From assembly GCA_973895155.1 (NCBI GenBank), contig OZ316897.1, positions 11,927,832 through 11,991,831 on the forward strand: DNA of 64,000 nt, given 5' to 3'. This DNA comes from Marsupella aquatica (lineage: Eukaryota; Plantae; Marchantiophyta). Under the pieces are notes generated by a model, which saw only the letters and a list, made by a program, of their open reading frames with translations, did no database searches and was not told the DNA's origin. Position numbers and translations under genes: made by a program. Each line of letters starts with the position of its first letter. Positions within the stretch are counted from its first letter, which is position 1. Positions 1 through 12,229 of this stretch are shown here, in pieces.

Positions 1-1450
1 AGCTCAAATGATTGAGCATTGTCATGGCAGTGGTAGTCTTTTCCAATGCTCCCATCCCTGCTAAACCCACTATCCTTGCATCGTCCGACTTGCCCATTAC
101 TTCTTGCACTTTACCGTTGACACTTATACTTTCTTCGGGCAAATGTTGCAAGTTCTGTGGACGAGCCTCTTCCTGATATTCCAGCAATAGAAGATATTTA
201 GTCAAACAAAATTGTCACTTGAGAGATCTAACTGGGGCAGTAAGGACGAAGTAGAACGCGTACTAAAAATTAAGAACAGAACAGTGACCAACTATGAGCA
301 TCGGCACATTCTTGAAGCATGAGAAATCAGCCAGCGTACCTCCGTCTTTGCGGCAACCTTATTCAGTAGGTTCGTGAGGGCATAGAACCTCCTGTCTTCC
401 TTACTAGGTGGCTGACATACTGAATTTTGATCTGCTACAACTATGTTAAACACCTCCCCGTCTCTTGAAGTAGCCTCAGCTGCCACAGCATCTTCAAACA
501 GTCCCTGTGCAACAAAGATGCGCCAGGGAATTAACAAGATTGCCCCAAGATATAAGAATAAATATTCTTTTTGACCTCTTACTTTTAACGAAGGCAACAG
601 ACTTTCCTGTCATGTCAAGGAGTGCTACAATCAGTGCATCGACTCCAACTCCATATCGACTAGACAAGCAACTTACACTACAACAATGTGCTTTAGATGC
701 CAGAAAGCTACAGGAATCCAAAATCACCAAAAACAATGTGTAAATTAATGCATTAAAGGATTACTTGTATCATGGACATGTCACTAAATTTGAATAGGAA
801 CAATCCTCACAAACTTAGACAAGGAACAAAATTCACGAGTACCAATTGTGTAGGGAGACTTTCCCCAAGTCCATGCACTTGCACCGGATATGATCTCAGG
901 AAGTCAGCAAACTTTAAATCCAATCGTGCTGCCTCAGTGTTTGAAACCCTGAAGTAGTTGAACAAAGGGACACCTTCAACATCAGCAAGAGGAGAGCTCC
1001 CACGATGAGGTGTACCATAATAAAAATCTCCTCTCAAGTTGTTAAGAAAGGTGCCAAATTGCTCCTTCACCCTCTGGGAGCTGTTACTAGAATACAGCTT
1101 CGCAGGTAATTCCAAGCATATCTTCTTGATGATCAAGCCCCCCAAAAATTGCCCTACTAAATTAACTTGGCAATAGGGCACTTGCCCAGTTTTCCCATCC
1201 ATTAAATCGGCCATAAAGGTTTCTCCAACGCTAACATGTCCAACACCTTCATGATAAGATACAAAAAAAAATGAGCATGAGGAAAGTTCTCAACCAACCA
1301 GTCCTGAGGCCACGAAAGAGAGTCATCCGCAGATTTGCAGGTGCAAGTATGCCCATCAGAGTCGTCTGCCAATTGCAGGCCATGATAAAACAGGACCTGC
1401 ATGCTGGGAGCCCCCCCTGGTCTGTGTAGGTGATGCATGCTGTCGTTCAC
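1..1450 (-). pseudogene. Alpha/beta-hydrolase (SERAC1/DUF676-like) + NB-ARC NLR (HNL-type), degenerate, continues off the left edge
   Basis: Exons read by eye: 1450-843 (VLFYHGL, WPQDWL, VSY, LVGQFLGGLIIKK, FYYGTPHRGS), 504-340 (GLFEDAVAAEATSRD...ADQNSVCQP) and 172-1 (RIVGLAGMGALEKTTTA, a degenerate NB-ARC P-loop). Junctions are GT-AG and phase 0. A one-base frameshift lies in the A9 run at 1263-1271. Confidence 0.75.
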
Positions 1451-1627
1451 CTGGCAAGATCACCGATCAGAAACGAAGCAAGCGTTAAGGATACTCCGAA
1501 ATGTTGGGGTACATACCAAGTGATGTGGTTCGAAGTCGTCTATACTGAAAGAAAGTTTCATACATGGACGGATCACACAAGATCACCAACAGCAGACTCC
1601 AGCTCGAAGCGGACGGCATTTTGTCTC

Positions 1628-1903
1628 TCAGATTACATCAAGCCAGGGTGGAGATTCCACAATGTATTTCATTACCCCATGAGCGTCTAATTTCAATGTC
1701 CCAGACGCAAATACTCCTGGAGATTCGGAAGAGCAGCCCCGACCACCCTGCATTTTGTATTTCCTTGGAAAAATGATTTGATATCCAATCAAGTAACCTA
1801 GAACAGCAGAGAAGGCAACCCAAATGGAGAAACCACCATATCCGATAAAACAACTGAGAACAGCAGAGATGGCAGCCCAGGAAAGAGCACGAGATGCATC
1901 CAT
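1628..1903 (-). CDS. Possible first exon of the HNL-like gene, encoding a hydrophobic (transmembrane) leader
   Basis: ORF MDASRALSWAAISAVLSCFIGYGGFSIWVAFSAVLGYLIGYQIIF has two hydrophobic stretches and lies upstream on the same strand. The splice link to the exon starting at 1450 was not resolved. Confidence 0.35.
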   Translation of the reverse strand: MDASRALSWAAISAVLSCFIGYGGFSIWVAFSAVLGYLIGYQIIFPRKYKMQGGRGCSSESPGVFASGTLKLDAHGVMKYIVESPPWLDVI

Positions 1904-4060
1904 CTTGCTTTGATCCAAACTAGAAAGTCGCAAAGTGCGTGAGCCAGACGATCGCTTCGATAGATTGGGTCAAAAAGGACAGCAGTAACAAATCCGGAAC
2001 AGATTGTCCGGGTTTTCTTTCCTAGAAACCACAAAATCGAAACCGATTCATAGATCAGACATCCAGCATTTTCGAGTCTATCCTCATTGCCATCATTCAC
2101 AAATCTTCACAATCTCGAACAGATTTTCCAGCTTCTCTTCCTTGGAAAAACACAAAATCGAATCAGGTTCCTAGACTACACCTCCGGCATTTCCGAGACC
2201 ATCCTCTTTGCCATCATTCAATCAGATTTTATAAAACGGACAGCTACATTCACTTCACAGGATCTGGCTCGATTTCACTCTCTACAGAAGGGCGAAGTCT
2301 ATACTCGGACCCAACACAAAGGAAATCATCAAGACACTTCGTACTGATTCTCACATAATTATGCTGACCCATTGAGAAACAGGGGCTCAAGCTCACAAGG
2401 CCGTGCTTTCAGAATCCCGCCTAAAGGTATTGTTTTAGAAAATGATGCTCCCATGGTTTGCACCCATGTACTTCACATCTTTTACACTTCACTCATTGAC
2501 ATCCTTCTGGTTTCCAAATAGTTTTCAAAAGCAAAGTTTGGGCTTCAATATTACCCTGCATATACACCTTCATTGGCTCTTCTTGGGCTCTTTAGAAAAT
2601 TTTTGGAAAGATCTTTCTAACCAGTCTAGTATCTCTAGTTAATGGAGAGAGTTATGAATTTACAAAGATTATATATTTTCACTTGGTTGTTCACATTTAG
2701 CACTTCCTATTATTTTTTGAGTGGCTAGCTTTGACATTCACTATCTCCCTCCTAATGAATTTGATCAATCAGTTAGAATTGAGAGGCATGCAAATTTGCA
2801 ATGATGAATGTCTAGTTCTGTGCCACATTTCATTCAAATGTGTAACATGTACTATGAGCCTAGTGCCTGTTCACTGCATAGTTATTGTTGCCACCATATA
2901 GCATTTTGAAAATGTTGTTATAATAGCAAATCTGTGGTTACAAAATTTATTATCATTGCACAAAATGTGTGTTATTTGAATGTTATAAACATTAAAGCAA
3001 AAGTAGAGCATAGAAGGTGCAAATGGGTAGGGATAGTTGGACAACACTGCAAAGAACCCATCAAGAGCCATTCTTGAGTATTGGTGTCATCTCATTAATT
3101 AAGTGTAGGGGGCAATTTGTGACTCAAAATCTAGATCTTGTTGACATCTACATTCCACAGAAAAAACATCTAAAACAATGCATGTTTTCTAAGAAATCAC
3201 CAAAAACAATTTTAAGGCCAGGGGGAAGGGCAAAGTAGGAGATTAGAATTTAGGGCGGGAGAGGAAGTTGTGGCTAGGGGGTGAGGACATTGACTACCAC
3301 TCAATGACAAAATGCAGAATGTTGAGTGTCAGACCATTTCAAGGTAACCAAAGTTACTTTGTTTAACAGCAATGACAAAAATGCGTGGAAGCATTGGACT
3401 AAATTGTGCAGCTATTAATTGTAATGCAAAGATAAATTGTTGTGCCATAAATTTTCATGCATTTAGTATTCTGGTCAGGGAGTTTGGAGGGGCTGAATTG
3501 TTTCAGATTACTGTCAGTAAATCCGAAAAAATACAAATAGATAGAAACATATAGCTAATGGGAACCCATCCACAAACAATTTGCTCATATATTCCTAAGC
3601 TGACATCAACCATTACAATATCCAATCCCACCGCTCGGAGCCATGTTTCTGTACAAACTAACTTTCTTAGGCTTGATTTGGCCACCTTGTTAGCTTTTGC
3701 AAAAAAACAGAAACCATGCATTGCTTCACTTGGCCTTACAGTGAGCAATAGTGTAGAAGAGCTAGTGGGGTCCATTGAACAATTGTTTTGTATTGCATTG
3801 CATCATATTCATCCACTGGCAAAAGAGTTGCACTGAATGAACTTTCTATTGCTTTGCATCATACTGAATGAAGCAACCTGTTTTTAGTTCCACCCCCAAC
3901 ATTAGTTGTGCCCCATAAGCCCCATCTGGAGACTTCAATCTAGTCTAGACCATAAGTCCTTAATATTGCAGCTTTCTATTGCACCTTCTTAGATAAATAT
4001 AGTTTCAAGTCTTGTGTGCAAAAGGCTTTTGGGTATCTCAAACCTGCTCATTCCTGGAGG

Positions 4061-4348
4061 CTCGGGGGTCTCATTATATGGATGTCTCCCCATCACCTGC
4101 GATGTTTTTAGGCCTCGGACCCCCTAAAATGTAAAAAAAAAATTTCAACCCCTACAAAGTTAGAATATTTTTGGAATCATCTCAAACTTTGGTTATAAGG
4201 ACTCTAATGTTCTTATAAGTCTCAAAATTTGATTAAAAAAACCCTATTATTTTTCTCAGAAAATTCTTAAGTCTTCCCTTTGAATCAATAAAATGACCCT
4301 ATATTTAGTTGCATGTGATGTGCCATTTTTGTGGAAGTGAAACCCCCG
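4061..4348 (+). repeat. Dispersed repeat family C, copy 1 (probable DNA-transposon end)
   Basis: Shares collinear blocks with the reverse complement of 47053-47332: CTCGGGGGTCTCA, CCCATCACCTGC, TTTTAGGCCTC, TTCTTATAAGTCTCAAA, AAATGACCCTATA, CATTTTTGTGGAA. Confidence 0.75.
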
Positions 4349-4784
4349 AACCTGGAGGTTTCTTTTGACCAAAATGTTGCAGACCGGGTTGTGGACCAAA
4401 AAGGTGACCGTCAGTAACTTGGGCAGCCAGTGCACTGTCATCCGCACCAAAATTTGCTTTGCGCAATGTGCATTGGTGCCTTTCAAGAATCGTTCACGCC
4501 CTTTGAGAATTGTCAGCGACCATTCTGAAATTGCTGGCGCACAGTTGACCCACGGGAGTGTGTTGACCCCATCTCAACCCTGAAACCCTATGGATTAAGT
4601 TGGCCTGAATGTTGTATTTTGGTCTAGGTCACAGACTTATATTTCATAGAACAGCTGACTGAAAAAAAACAGGTATTGAACTTGCCCTATTGGGTTTCAT
4701 GTCCTCTGGATTTCACTCTGGAACGCAACGTTTCAAGTCTTTGGTGTGCATTCCAGGATGAGATCCCATAAATAATAAACCAAC

Positions 4785-4871
4785 TGGCTTTGGTTAGTTG
4801 GCTAGAGGATGAACCTAGGACCATGAGGTCACAGGTTCAATCCTCCCTCCACACATGAAGGGTGTGGAGGG
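4785..4871 (+). mobile_element. tRNA-derived SINE head or tRNA pseudogene fragment
   Basis: A-box/D-loop-like TGGTTAGTTGGCTAGAG and B-box GGTTCAATCC (4834-4843) at tRNA-like spacing. No intact cloverleaf. Followed by a 10-bp stem (4845-4854 / 4862-4871). Confidence 0.45.
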
Positions 4872-5099
4872 TATGTGTGTGTGGGTGAGGTGTAGTGATG
4901 GGAATATTGATTATCTCCCTCAGCCTTGGTTGTCCACTTTGGGTTCTGGTTTAATCTTCTTTCCCTCTTGGTCTGGTACCCTTGTGATTGTCCTACATAG
5001 AAATGCATGCTCCAAAACATGACGTTAGATAGGTCCACTTTCGATTTTCAAGTGGAAAAGAAAAAAATCCCATAAATAAATAAATAAGTGTAGACCTGC

Positions 5100-5895
5100 A
5101 TCACCCAGTGGCCGCGCCCGCGATTGGCCCCGGCCACTAGGCCGCAGACCCGGGCCCCGTCCCCGTACGTGGCGATCGCCTGTGTTGGCTCCTCGGCTCT
5201 CGAGCCCCGGGCCCAAGGAACAGAGCCGCAGCGCAGTACTGTACCTGTACCTGTACTGTACTGTACTCCTCAGGATCCCCTTACTCGACGGATAGATCAT
5301 GACTCCGCGCCTCTCTCCCCGACCACCTGTCCCTCGCGATCCTTGAAACCCGCTCGCTTTGTTCTCTCCTCTCCTCTCCTCTCCTCTCCTCTCTCGTCTC
5401 GTCTCGTCTCAGCGAAGCTCTCCTCTGCTCGAAGCTCCGTTGCATCTCAGCGAGCTCTCGTCGAGGTCCTCTCCTCTCCTCGCCTCTTCCCTCCCCTCCT
5501 CTCCATTACGGCGCATTCACACGGAGCTCCGCATTGTGGAGAGCTTTGATTGGGTGTTTTGGAATCGACCTCGACTTTGCGGGATTGTGTTTGGGTGTAT
5601 GTTGATTTCACACGGAGTCGGGGCATTTTGTGCGGGTCTGCAGAGGGTTTGTGGATCCAGATCGAGATCGAGATCCTGTGGGAGGTCGAGAAGGGGGGCA
5701 CTCTGAGGCGGTGGTCGAGGAAGGAGGAAGGAGGAAGGCGAGACGAAAGACGAAGAGGAGGAAGGGGTTAGGGATCGGAGCGTGGATCTGTCGAGAAACG
5801 AAGGACGCAGAGGAGGGCGGGTTTAGGGATCTGATCGTCGATCGATTGATTTTTTTTGGATTGGGAATTTGGGATTGTTGTAGACAGCAGCAACC
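5100..5895 (+). promoter_or_regulatory. GC/CpG-rich promoter and 5' leader of the V-ATPase A gene
   Basis: CpG-rich block at 5100-5350, CTGTA-type repeats at 5236-5267, (CTCTC)n pyrimidine tract at 5360-5500, and an acceptor-like TTGTTGTAG 12 nt before the ATG. Confidence 0.5.
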
Positions 5896-7767
5896 ATGCC
5901 GGGACTGTATGGAGATCGGCTTGTGTCGTTCGAGGACCAGGAGGATGAGGGGGATTACGGATACGTGAGGAAGGTTTCGGGGCCCGTCGTCATCGCGGAG
6001 GGCATGGGAGGAGCTGCTATGGACGAGCTTGTGCGGGTGGGAAGCGACCATCTCATTGGGGAGATCATCAGGCTGGAGGGAGATTCTGCCACGATTCAGG
6101 TCTATGAAGAGACTGCCGGGCTCATGGTCAACGATCCGGTGCTGCGAACTCGCAAGCCGCTCTCTGCGGAGCTCGGGCCCGGGATTTTGGAGAACATCTT
6201 CGACGGAATTCAGCGCCCCCTGAGGGCTATCGCCAAGAGCTGTGGCGATGTGTACATTCCTCGAGGAGTGTCTGTTCCTGCCCTGAACAGATCCAAGGCG
6301 TGGGAGTGGGCTCCCAAAAATGTGAGTGTCGGTGATGCCGTGACCGGTGGAGACCTGTACGGTATTGTTTATGAGAACTCCCTCATCGAGCATCATATTG
6401 GGCTTCCCCCTGGCGCTCTAGGTAAGGTGACCTATATTGCTCCCCCTGGTGAGTACACGATTACGGATGATGTCCTGGAGCTGGAGTTTCAGGGGAGGAA
6501 GAAGTCTTTCACAATGTTGCAGACTTGGCCGGTGAGGACGCCTAGACCGGTTGCTGCCAAGCTTCCGGCTGATACGCCTTTGTTGACTGGGCAGAGGGTT
6601 CTGGATGCGTTGTTCCCTTCTGTGTTGGGTGGGACGTGTGCCATTCCTGGGGCCTTCGGATGTGGTAAGACTGTGATTAGTCAGGCTCTCTCCAAGTACT
6701 CCAACTCACATGGGGTTGTCTATGTGGGTTGTGGGGAGCGAGGGAATGAGATGGCTGAAGTGCTGATGGATTTCCCTCAGCTGACTATGACTCTACCTGA
6801 TGGGCGAGAGGAGTCTGTCATGAAGAGGACCACTCTTGTTGCCAACACCTCTAACATGCCCGTGGCAGCTCGTGAGGCTTCCATTTACACTGGGATTACT
6901 CTGGCCGAGTACTTCCGAGATATGGGCTACAATGTGAGCATGATGGCTGATTCAACGTCTCGATGGGCCGAGGCTCTTCGTGAGATTTCTGGTCGGTTGG
7001 CTGAGATGCCTGCAGACAGTGGATACCCAGCGTACTTGGGAGCAAGATTGGCCTCATTTTATGAACGTGCCGGAAAGGTTCAATGTCTTGGAAGCCCTAA
7101 TCGCACTGGGAGTGTCACAATTGTGGGGGCTGTGTCCCCACCTGGTGGAGACTTTTCTGATCCTGTGACTGCGGCCACACTGGGTATTGTGCAGGTGTTT
7201 TGGGGGCTTGACAAGAAGCTAGCTCAGAGGAAACATTTCCCTTCTGTGAATTGGCTTATTTCTTACTCTAAGTACACGAATGCGCTTTCCACCTTTTATG
7301 AAACCTTCGACCCGGATTTCATCAGTATCCGTACCAAGGCTCGTGAGATTCTACAGCGTGAGGATGATTTGAATGAGATCGTGCAGTTGGTGGGAAAGGA
7401 AGCTCTGGCAGAGTCAGATAAGATCACTCTCGAAGTTGCAAAGCTTCTCCGTGAAGATTATTTGGCGCAGAATGCTTTCACTCCTTATGATAAGTTCTGC
7501 CCATTCTACAAGTCGGTATGGATGATGAGGAATATAATTCATTTTGGTACTTTAGGCAATCAGGCTGTCGAGAGAGCACCTGGGTCTGAAGGGCAGAAGA
7601 TTACCTACAATGTCATCAAGCAGAGATTAGGAGATATTATCTATCGGTTGGTGTCGCAGAAGTTTGAAGATCCTGCAGAGGGGGAAGAAGTTCTGAAACG
7701 CAAATTCCAGACATTGTATGATGACATGGTAGCTACTTTCCGAAATTTAGAAGAAGAGCATAGGTAA
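5896..7767 (+). CDS. VHA-A: Vacuolar H+-ATPase catalytic subunit A, single coding exon
   Basis: Uninterrupted 623-aa ORF with P-loop GAFGCGKT and the conserved motifs [26 protein letters not shown] and [10 protein letters not shown]. Collinear over its full length with plant VHA-A as recalled. Confidence 0.97.
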   Translation: MPGLYGDRLVSFEDQEDEGDYGYVRKVSGPVVIAEGMGGAAMDELVRVGSDHLIGEIIRLEGDSATIQVYEETAGLMVNDPVLRTRKPLSAELGPGILENIFDGIQRPLRAIAKSCGDVYIPRGVSVPALNRSKAWEWAPKNVSVGDAVTGGDLYGIVYENSLIEHHIGLPPGALGKVTYIAPPGEYTITDDVLELEFQGRKKSFTMLQTWPVRTPRPVAAKLPADTPLLTGQRVLDALFPSVLGGTCAIPGAFGCGKTVISQALSKYSNSHGVVYVGCGERGNEMAEVLMDFPQLTMTLPDGREESVMKRTTLVANTSNMPVAAREASIYTGITLAEYFRDMGYNVSMMADSTSRWAEALREISGRLAEMPADSGYPAYLGARLASFYERAGKVQCLGSPNRTGSVTIVGAVSPPGGDFSDPVTAATLGIVQVFWGLDKKLAQRKHFPSVNWLISYSKYTNALSTFYETFDPDFISIRTKAREILQREDDLNEIVQLVGKEALAESDKITLEVAKLLREDYLAQNAFTPYDKFCPFYKSVWMMRNIIHFGTLGNQAVERAPGSEGQKITYNVIKQRLGDIIYRLVSQKFEDPAEGEEVLKRKFQTLYDDMVATFRNLEEEHR

Positions 7768-9338
7768 GGGGGAATCACTAGGGTTGAGTGTTTATGTGTA
7801 ATTTTTGTTGAATATATGTATATTTCCTGACCTGTTAGCAGCATCCGGCTTTCACATTATAAATTGTGGAAATTCTTAGAATGAGCTGCAGACGGAGCTA
7901 CGTAACTCACTTCCTCTCAGATCACTTTGAGAGAACTTAGTGATTGGAGAGGATCATGCCAGGAAATGGACTAGGATGCTCGATATCATTTGGGACTTTG
8001 CAAGTTCATTCAGGGGCGAACGATTTCGTGCATTGTTGTTTATGCACATGAATTGGAATCCGACACAAGATTGACCTGTTCTCTACGAGCATCAAAGTCC
8101 TTTAGGAGACTCATTCTTCTTCACCTCCTCCGTTTCAACATTTCAGTTCAAACTATGGCATTCAACTAGGGTGACAGGAGGAGACTGAAGAAAGTAGCAC
8201 AATGTATGGAAAGGCAATGAACACGATATCTCACATTGAAGTTCATTACAGTTTAACGTCAAACATCTTCATGTGTGAAGAAGGCAAGCAACAAGCTCAT
8301 TACTGGATTGAATGCTCTTTAGCGTTCTTTAGCCCTCGGGCAGATCGCGTCCTCAAACTACTTCAGATATCGTGTGACTCGAGTAACAATTATTCTGCAT
8401 ATGAAGGAGAATAGCCCTGTTTCCCGGGAATCTCTTCCGAAAAGGTATCTAAACCGAGCACTTCATGGAATAGGAGAGGCTAGGTACATCGAAAAGTACA
8501 TTGGCGAAAGATGTGGCACTACAAGGAGGTCATTATCAAAAGACTTAACTCTAAATTTTATGAATGACTAATTAAGGAGACATGCACACCGAGACCAATT
8601 TTCAGGAGCAGACATACCTCAGAAACCCGAGTGTTTTGCGGATGGGTGGCCCTGGATCTTTGGATAACTCCTCACAGTTCGGAGGTAGAGATTGAGATGT
8701 ACTTGACAACAAGCACAAGGAGAACAGCTTAGAGACGATTTCGTTTTTCGTCTATGGTGCGGTAATGATGTCCGACAGTCCTTCGAGCGGTATTTTGCTC
8801 ATGGTCTCCAACACTTGTGGCCCCTGTTGCTCCCACGAATGTCTTCCACGTGGACCAGCATTGTGTCGATAAATTCATTCGGGCAACTACTATACTGAAT
8901 GCGCTGTCTTCGCACCCCCTCTGTTCTTGTGACTTTGGGTGTTTTTCCTGCGGATTGTCTTTCCCGTGGTTTTGGAAAGTTTCTCTTCGGATTCTCTTAC
9001 TTTCTATCTCTTACCGTGTGCCGGAGCCTAACACAAAATGACCTCTAGAAGGACACATGTGCAGTACATGTTTCACCATAAAATGAGGTAAGCAGGCACC
9101 GTTAGTACCTACGAACTTTGATGCCTACGCCTCTCTAGCATAAGATTGTCCAGCTTCAAGTATCAGTGGCACTACGGCAAGCGGAGCTGCAGATTTCCTA
9201 GCACACGTCTTTGGTTAAGTTTCCCACATGACAGAAGGCGCAAAGCACCAGCCCACTGAGACTTCCCAGTGTCGACACCTATTGGGCACGTATTATAATA
9301 GTAGGGCACTTGGAGCAGAACGCAAAAGTTCTCTGGGT

Positions 9339-9623
9339 GTGGTCCCACAAACGAAAGTGGTTTCCAACTGTATATGCAATGGGAAAGGACCTACCACCAA
9401 AAGCAGCCCAGACCAATGAAAACCGATCAGTACCAGTGTTTCCAACTGTATATGCAATGGGAAAAGAACTACCACCAAAAGCAAGCCTGGACCTATGAAA
9501 ACCGATCAGTACCAGTCTCTGTGATCCCACAAACGAAAGTGGTTTCAAAATGGAAATGCAATGGGAGAAGAACTACTACCAAAAACAGCCCGGATCTAAG
9601 GAAAACCGATCAGTACCAGTCTC
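9339..9623. repeat. Imperfect tandem repeat, 3 units of about 80-105 bp
   Basis: GAAAACCGATCAGTACCAGT occurs at 9418, 9497 and 9601. The intervening TGCAATGGGA...CTACCACCAAAA blocks are homologous to each other. Confidence 0.85.
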
Positions 9624-12229
9624 CGGAATGGTGAACTTACTCGGTTGGGACATAGTATAGGAAGTTCAACCTGAGTTGCTACGTGATCCGTTCACCAAAA
9701 GTAGATTAACAGCATTGTCTAAGGACGGAATTGGTTCCGTCAGATGTTTGCCTGGTGATGCCCAAACCTCGAGGGTACAAAAATCAATCAAAACTACTTT
9801 AAAGTCTGGGAAGCTATGTGGGCATTCCAGACACAATCATAGCGCTAGATGGCTTTCGAGAATGTACACAAGAATGTCTATGGAAGTACACGCCCAGGAA
9901 GAGGTGACGAGCTTATCCGCACTTTCGCGGTTCAGTTTAACTTGGGCCCATGAGCCTCGGCACAACTTTCAAGGTCTAGGGTAACATTCAGCGGTGACTC
10001 TGAACTAGCGTCAAACAGAGGCTTCACTCAAAAGACTACCCCGTCAAGTCTTTGTATCGTACATTCAGATGACGAGAGGCTGCCCTTTTTAGTGACAACG
10101 AGTTGTTGGTCGTCTGCAATCAAGGCACAAGGCCAGAAGACGAGAAGCATTTTCATTTTTCAGCTGTGCTGTTGAAACTGAGGCTAGGCTACATCACGAC
10201 GTTTTCACCAATCAAAAGGTTTCAGGGCAATCTGAATGCCTTTTGGGAATTTTAACCCTATCTAGTTTTGCTGACGGGTTATTGTACCTTGCAGTCTTGC
10301 AGGCCGGGCAGCCTTGGTATGTTCTACTTCATTGATCTATTGGGTCCCAGGAATATTCAATCATTTATCAATCCATTCATTCATTTATTGGCCATCGAAG
10401 GTTACTTGGGAAGTGAACGCGTTAAAGCCTGGGCCAATCCCCATTGGAGCAATTTCATTAACCTATCTCTTGCCGTGCTCGAAATCCGCCTCACATTATG
10501 TCGTCCACTATGGTCCACATGCCCCAGACACAATTTTCAGCACATCATGATTTAGATAGAGTATCGTCCAGATAGACACTTTCAAATTGTAGTCACAGTT
10601 ACGGCCTGTCCTAATAACTTATGCTCAACTGACACCTATGGTGCACGTAACTGGATGACCCCACTTGACGCACTGTGCCCGGAAATCTCTGCTTGTAGCA
10701 TCATCACTATGTTGATTCTGTTCGGTTTTTCGGATTTATTTCCATTTTAGCCAAAAAAATCGACTTGAAATCTATCAACCCTCTAGCCCTCCCACGCAAA
10801 GTTCTCGTGTCCACCAAAGGTGAAAACGATATGAGATGGGGAACTGAACTCAGGGTCCAAACTGGAAACCCTTCAAGCGAACAGAGAATATCTTCCGACT
10901 GAAGAAAACAGAAACCGCGAGGCAGAATAGACAAGGCTCGTAATTAGTGCCAGTCAATCTGAGCACAAATGCAAACACCAAGGTAAATGCACTTGAGGAA
11001 TTTGGCCTTAACCTGTAACATTTCACCTTTGTCGAGAGCCGTTGACTGTTGTACACATTACCATGGAGCAGACCTTCCCACCCATCAAAAATGTGATTGA
11101 AGACTCCTCTGAATTCATGAGAGCTTCGAACCGTGTACTTTGACTACTTCTCTGAATCTGCATTATGAACTGCAAGTCTTTTCCGACAACAGATTCAAAA
11201 CGCTGCGCACACCTACAGAAAATATTCGCTCGCCCAATCTCTATGTACACCGCATACTTAAGTTGGAAAATGCGGTCGTTGAGTAATGGCCAAGTCAGGG
11301 GTTTCTTGGGCGTCCTCGGATTTTTAAAGTTCAAGTTGCATCTGCTCAAACTGCAATTATTGCCAGTTGTACACCGCATATTCAAGATATCCTTGAAATG
11401 GTTGACCAACACTGCGTAGTACTGTTGGGCCAAACTTACTTAGTTCCTCATACGAGCAGAGCGGCCTTATTCATCTTTATGATATCTAGTCCACTTTCAA
11501 TACTCTGCGTTACAAAGGTACTGATGTCGAAGATTTCTGTGTCCAGTATCAAGCGGCTTTGGATCGATGTACCTCTCTCAGATTGGTATCCGGGATCGAT
11601 GTTCCAATTCATTCACGTTTTGGAATCTCATCTGCCATCTCGGGCTTCACATTAACCCGAACAATTTCGTCAAGATCCCAAAAAGCTCCCATCTCTTGAC
11701 ACAATCCTGCTTGAAGTTCGTGAGGAAACACGTCTCCTGCATTACCTCTTGCTCCAGTTGCTCTTGTTCAGTCATCCACTCAACCTATTGTCATTACTCC
11801 ACGTTAGGACATTATTCTAATGATGAGATTGAGGCAAACGTGGCTGGAGCTTCCTCTCCTCTGCAGCAAGATCATGGATACCAAGAATTTTGTTCGACGT
11901 TTCAAATGAGAAAAATGGGGGGTTCCTCCTCTGCGATTTGCTGACACCTGAAGCTGCTAAATGGCATGAGGCAGAACAGACCAAGCTACAACAACAACAT
12001 CTCCTTCATGTAGCACAATCTGGTTCCATTATGGCGTGTCAAAGTGTCAAAGCTCAGCTACAACTAAGGACATTAATAAGCTCAGCTACAACTAAGGACA
12101 TAAACTGCTTTTACGGCCAAGATATAATCACCATGGGAGACCAAAATATGTAAGCATTTTTCGTCCAAACATCCACAGCCGTAAGACTCTGCTTACGGGA
12201 GAACTTTGACACACACTATTGCCTGTTGG

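Noticed and set aside
4785-4860. Functional tRNA gene
   Set aside because: Acceptor and anticodon stems do not pair; kept only as a SINE-like head.
5124-5771. Several overlapping ORFs upstream of VHA-A
   Set aside because: They arise from GC-rich and microsatellite promoter/leader sequence and give low-complexity translations.
5608-6396. 262-aa antisense ORF
   Set aside because: Shadow of the GC-rich 5' part of VHA-A; no motifs.
9339-9623. CRISPR-like repeat-spacer array
   Set aside because: The spacers are homologous to each other and unequal in length, there are no cas genes, and the context is eukaryotic.
10940-11780. Possible decayed gene on the minus strand
   Set aside because: Coding-like composition, but many stops and no recognisable motif.
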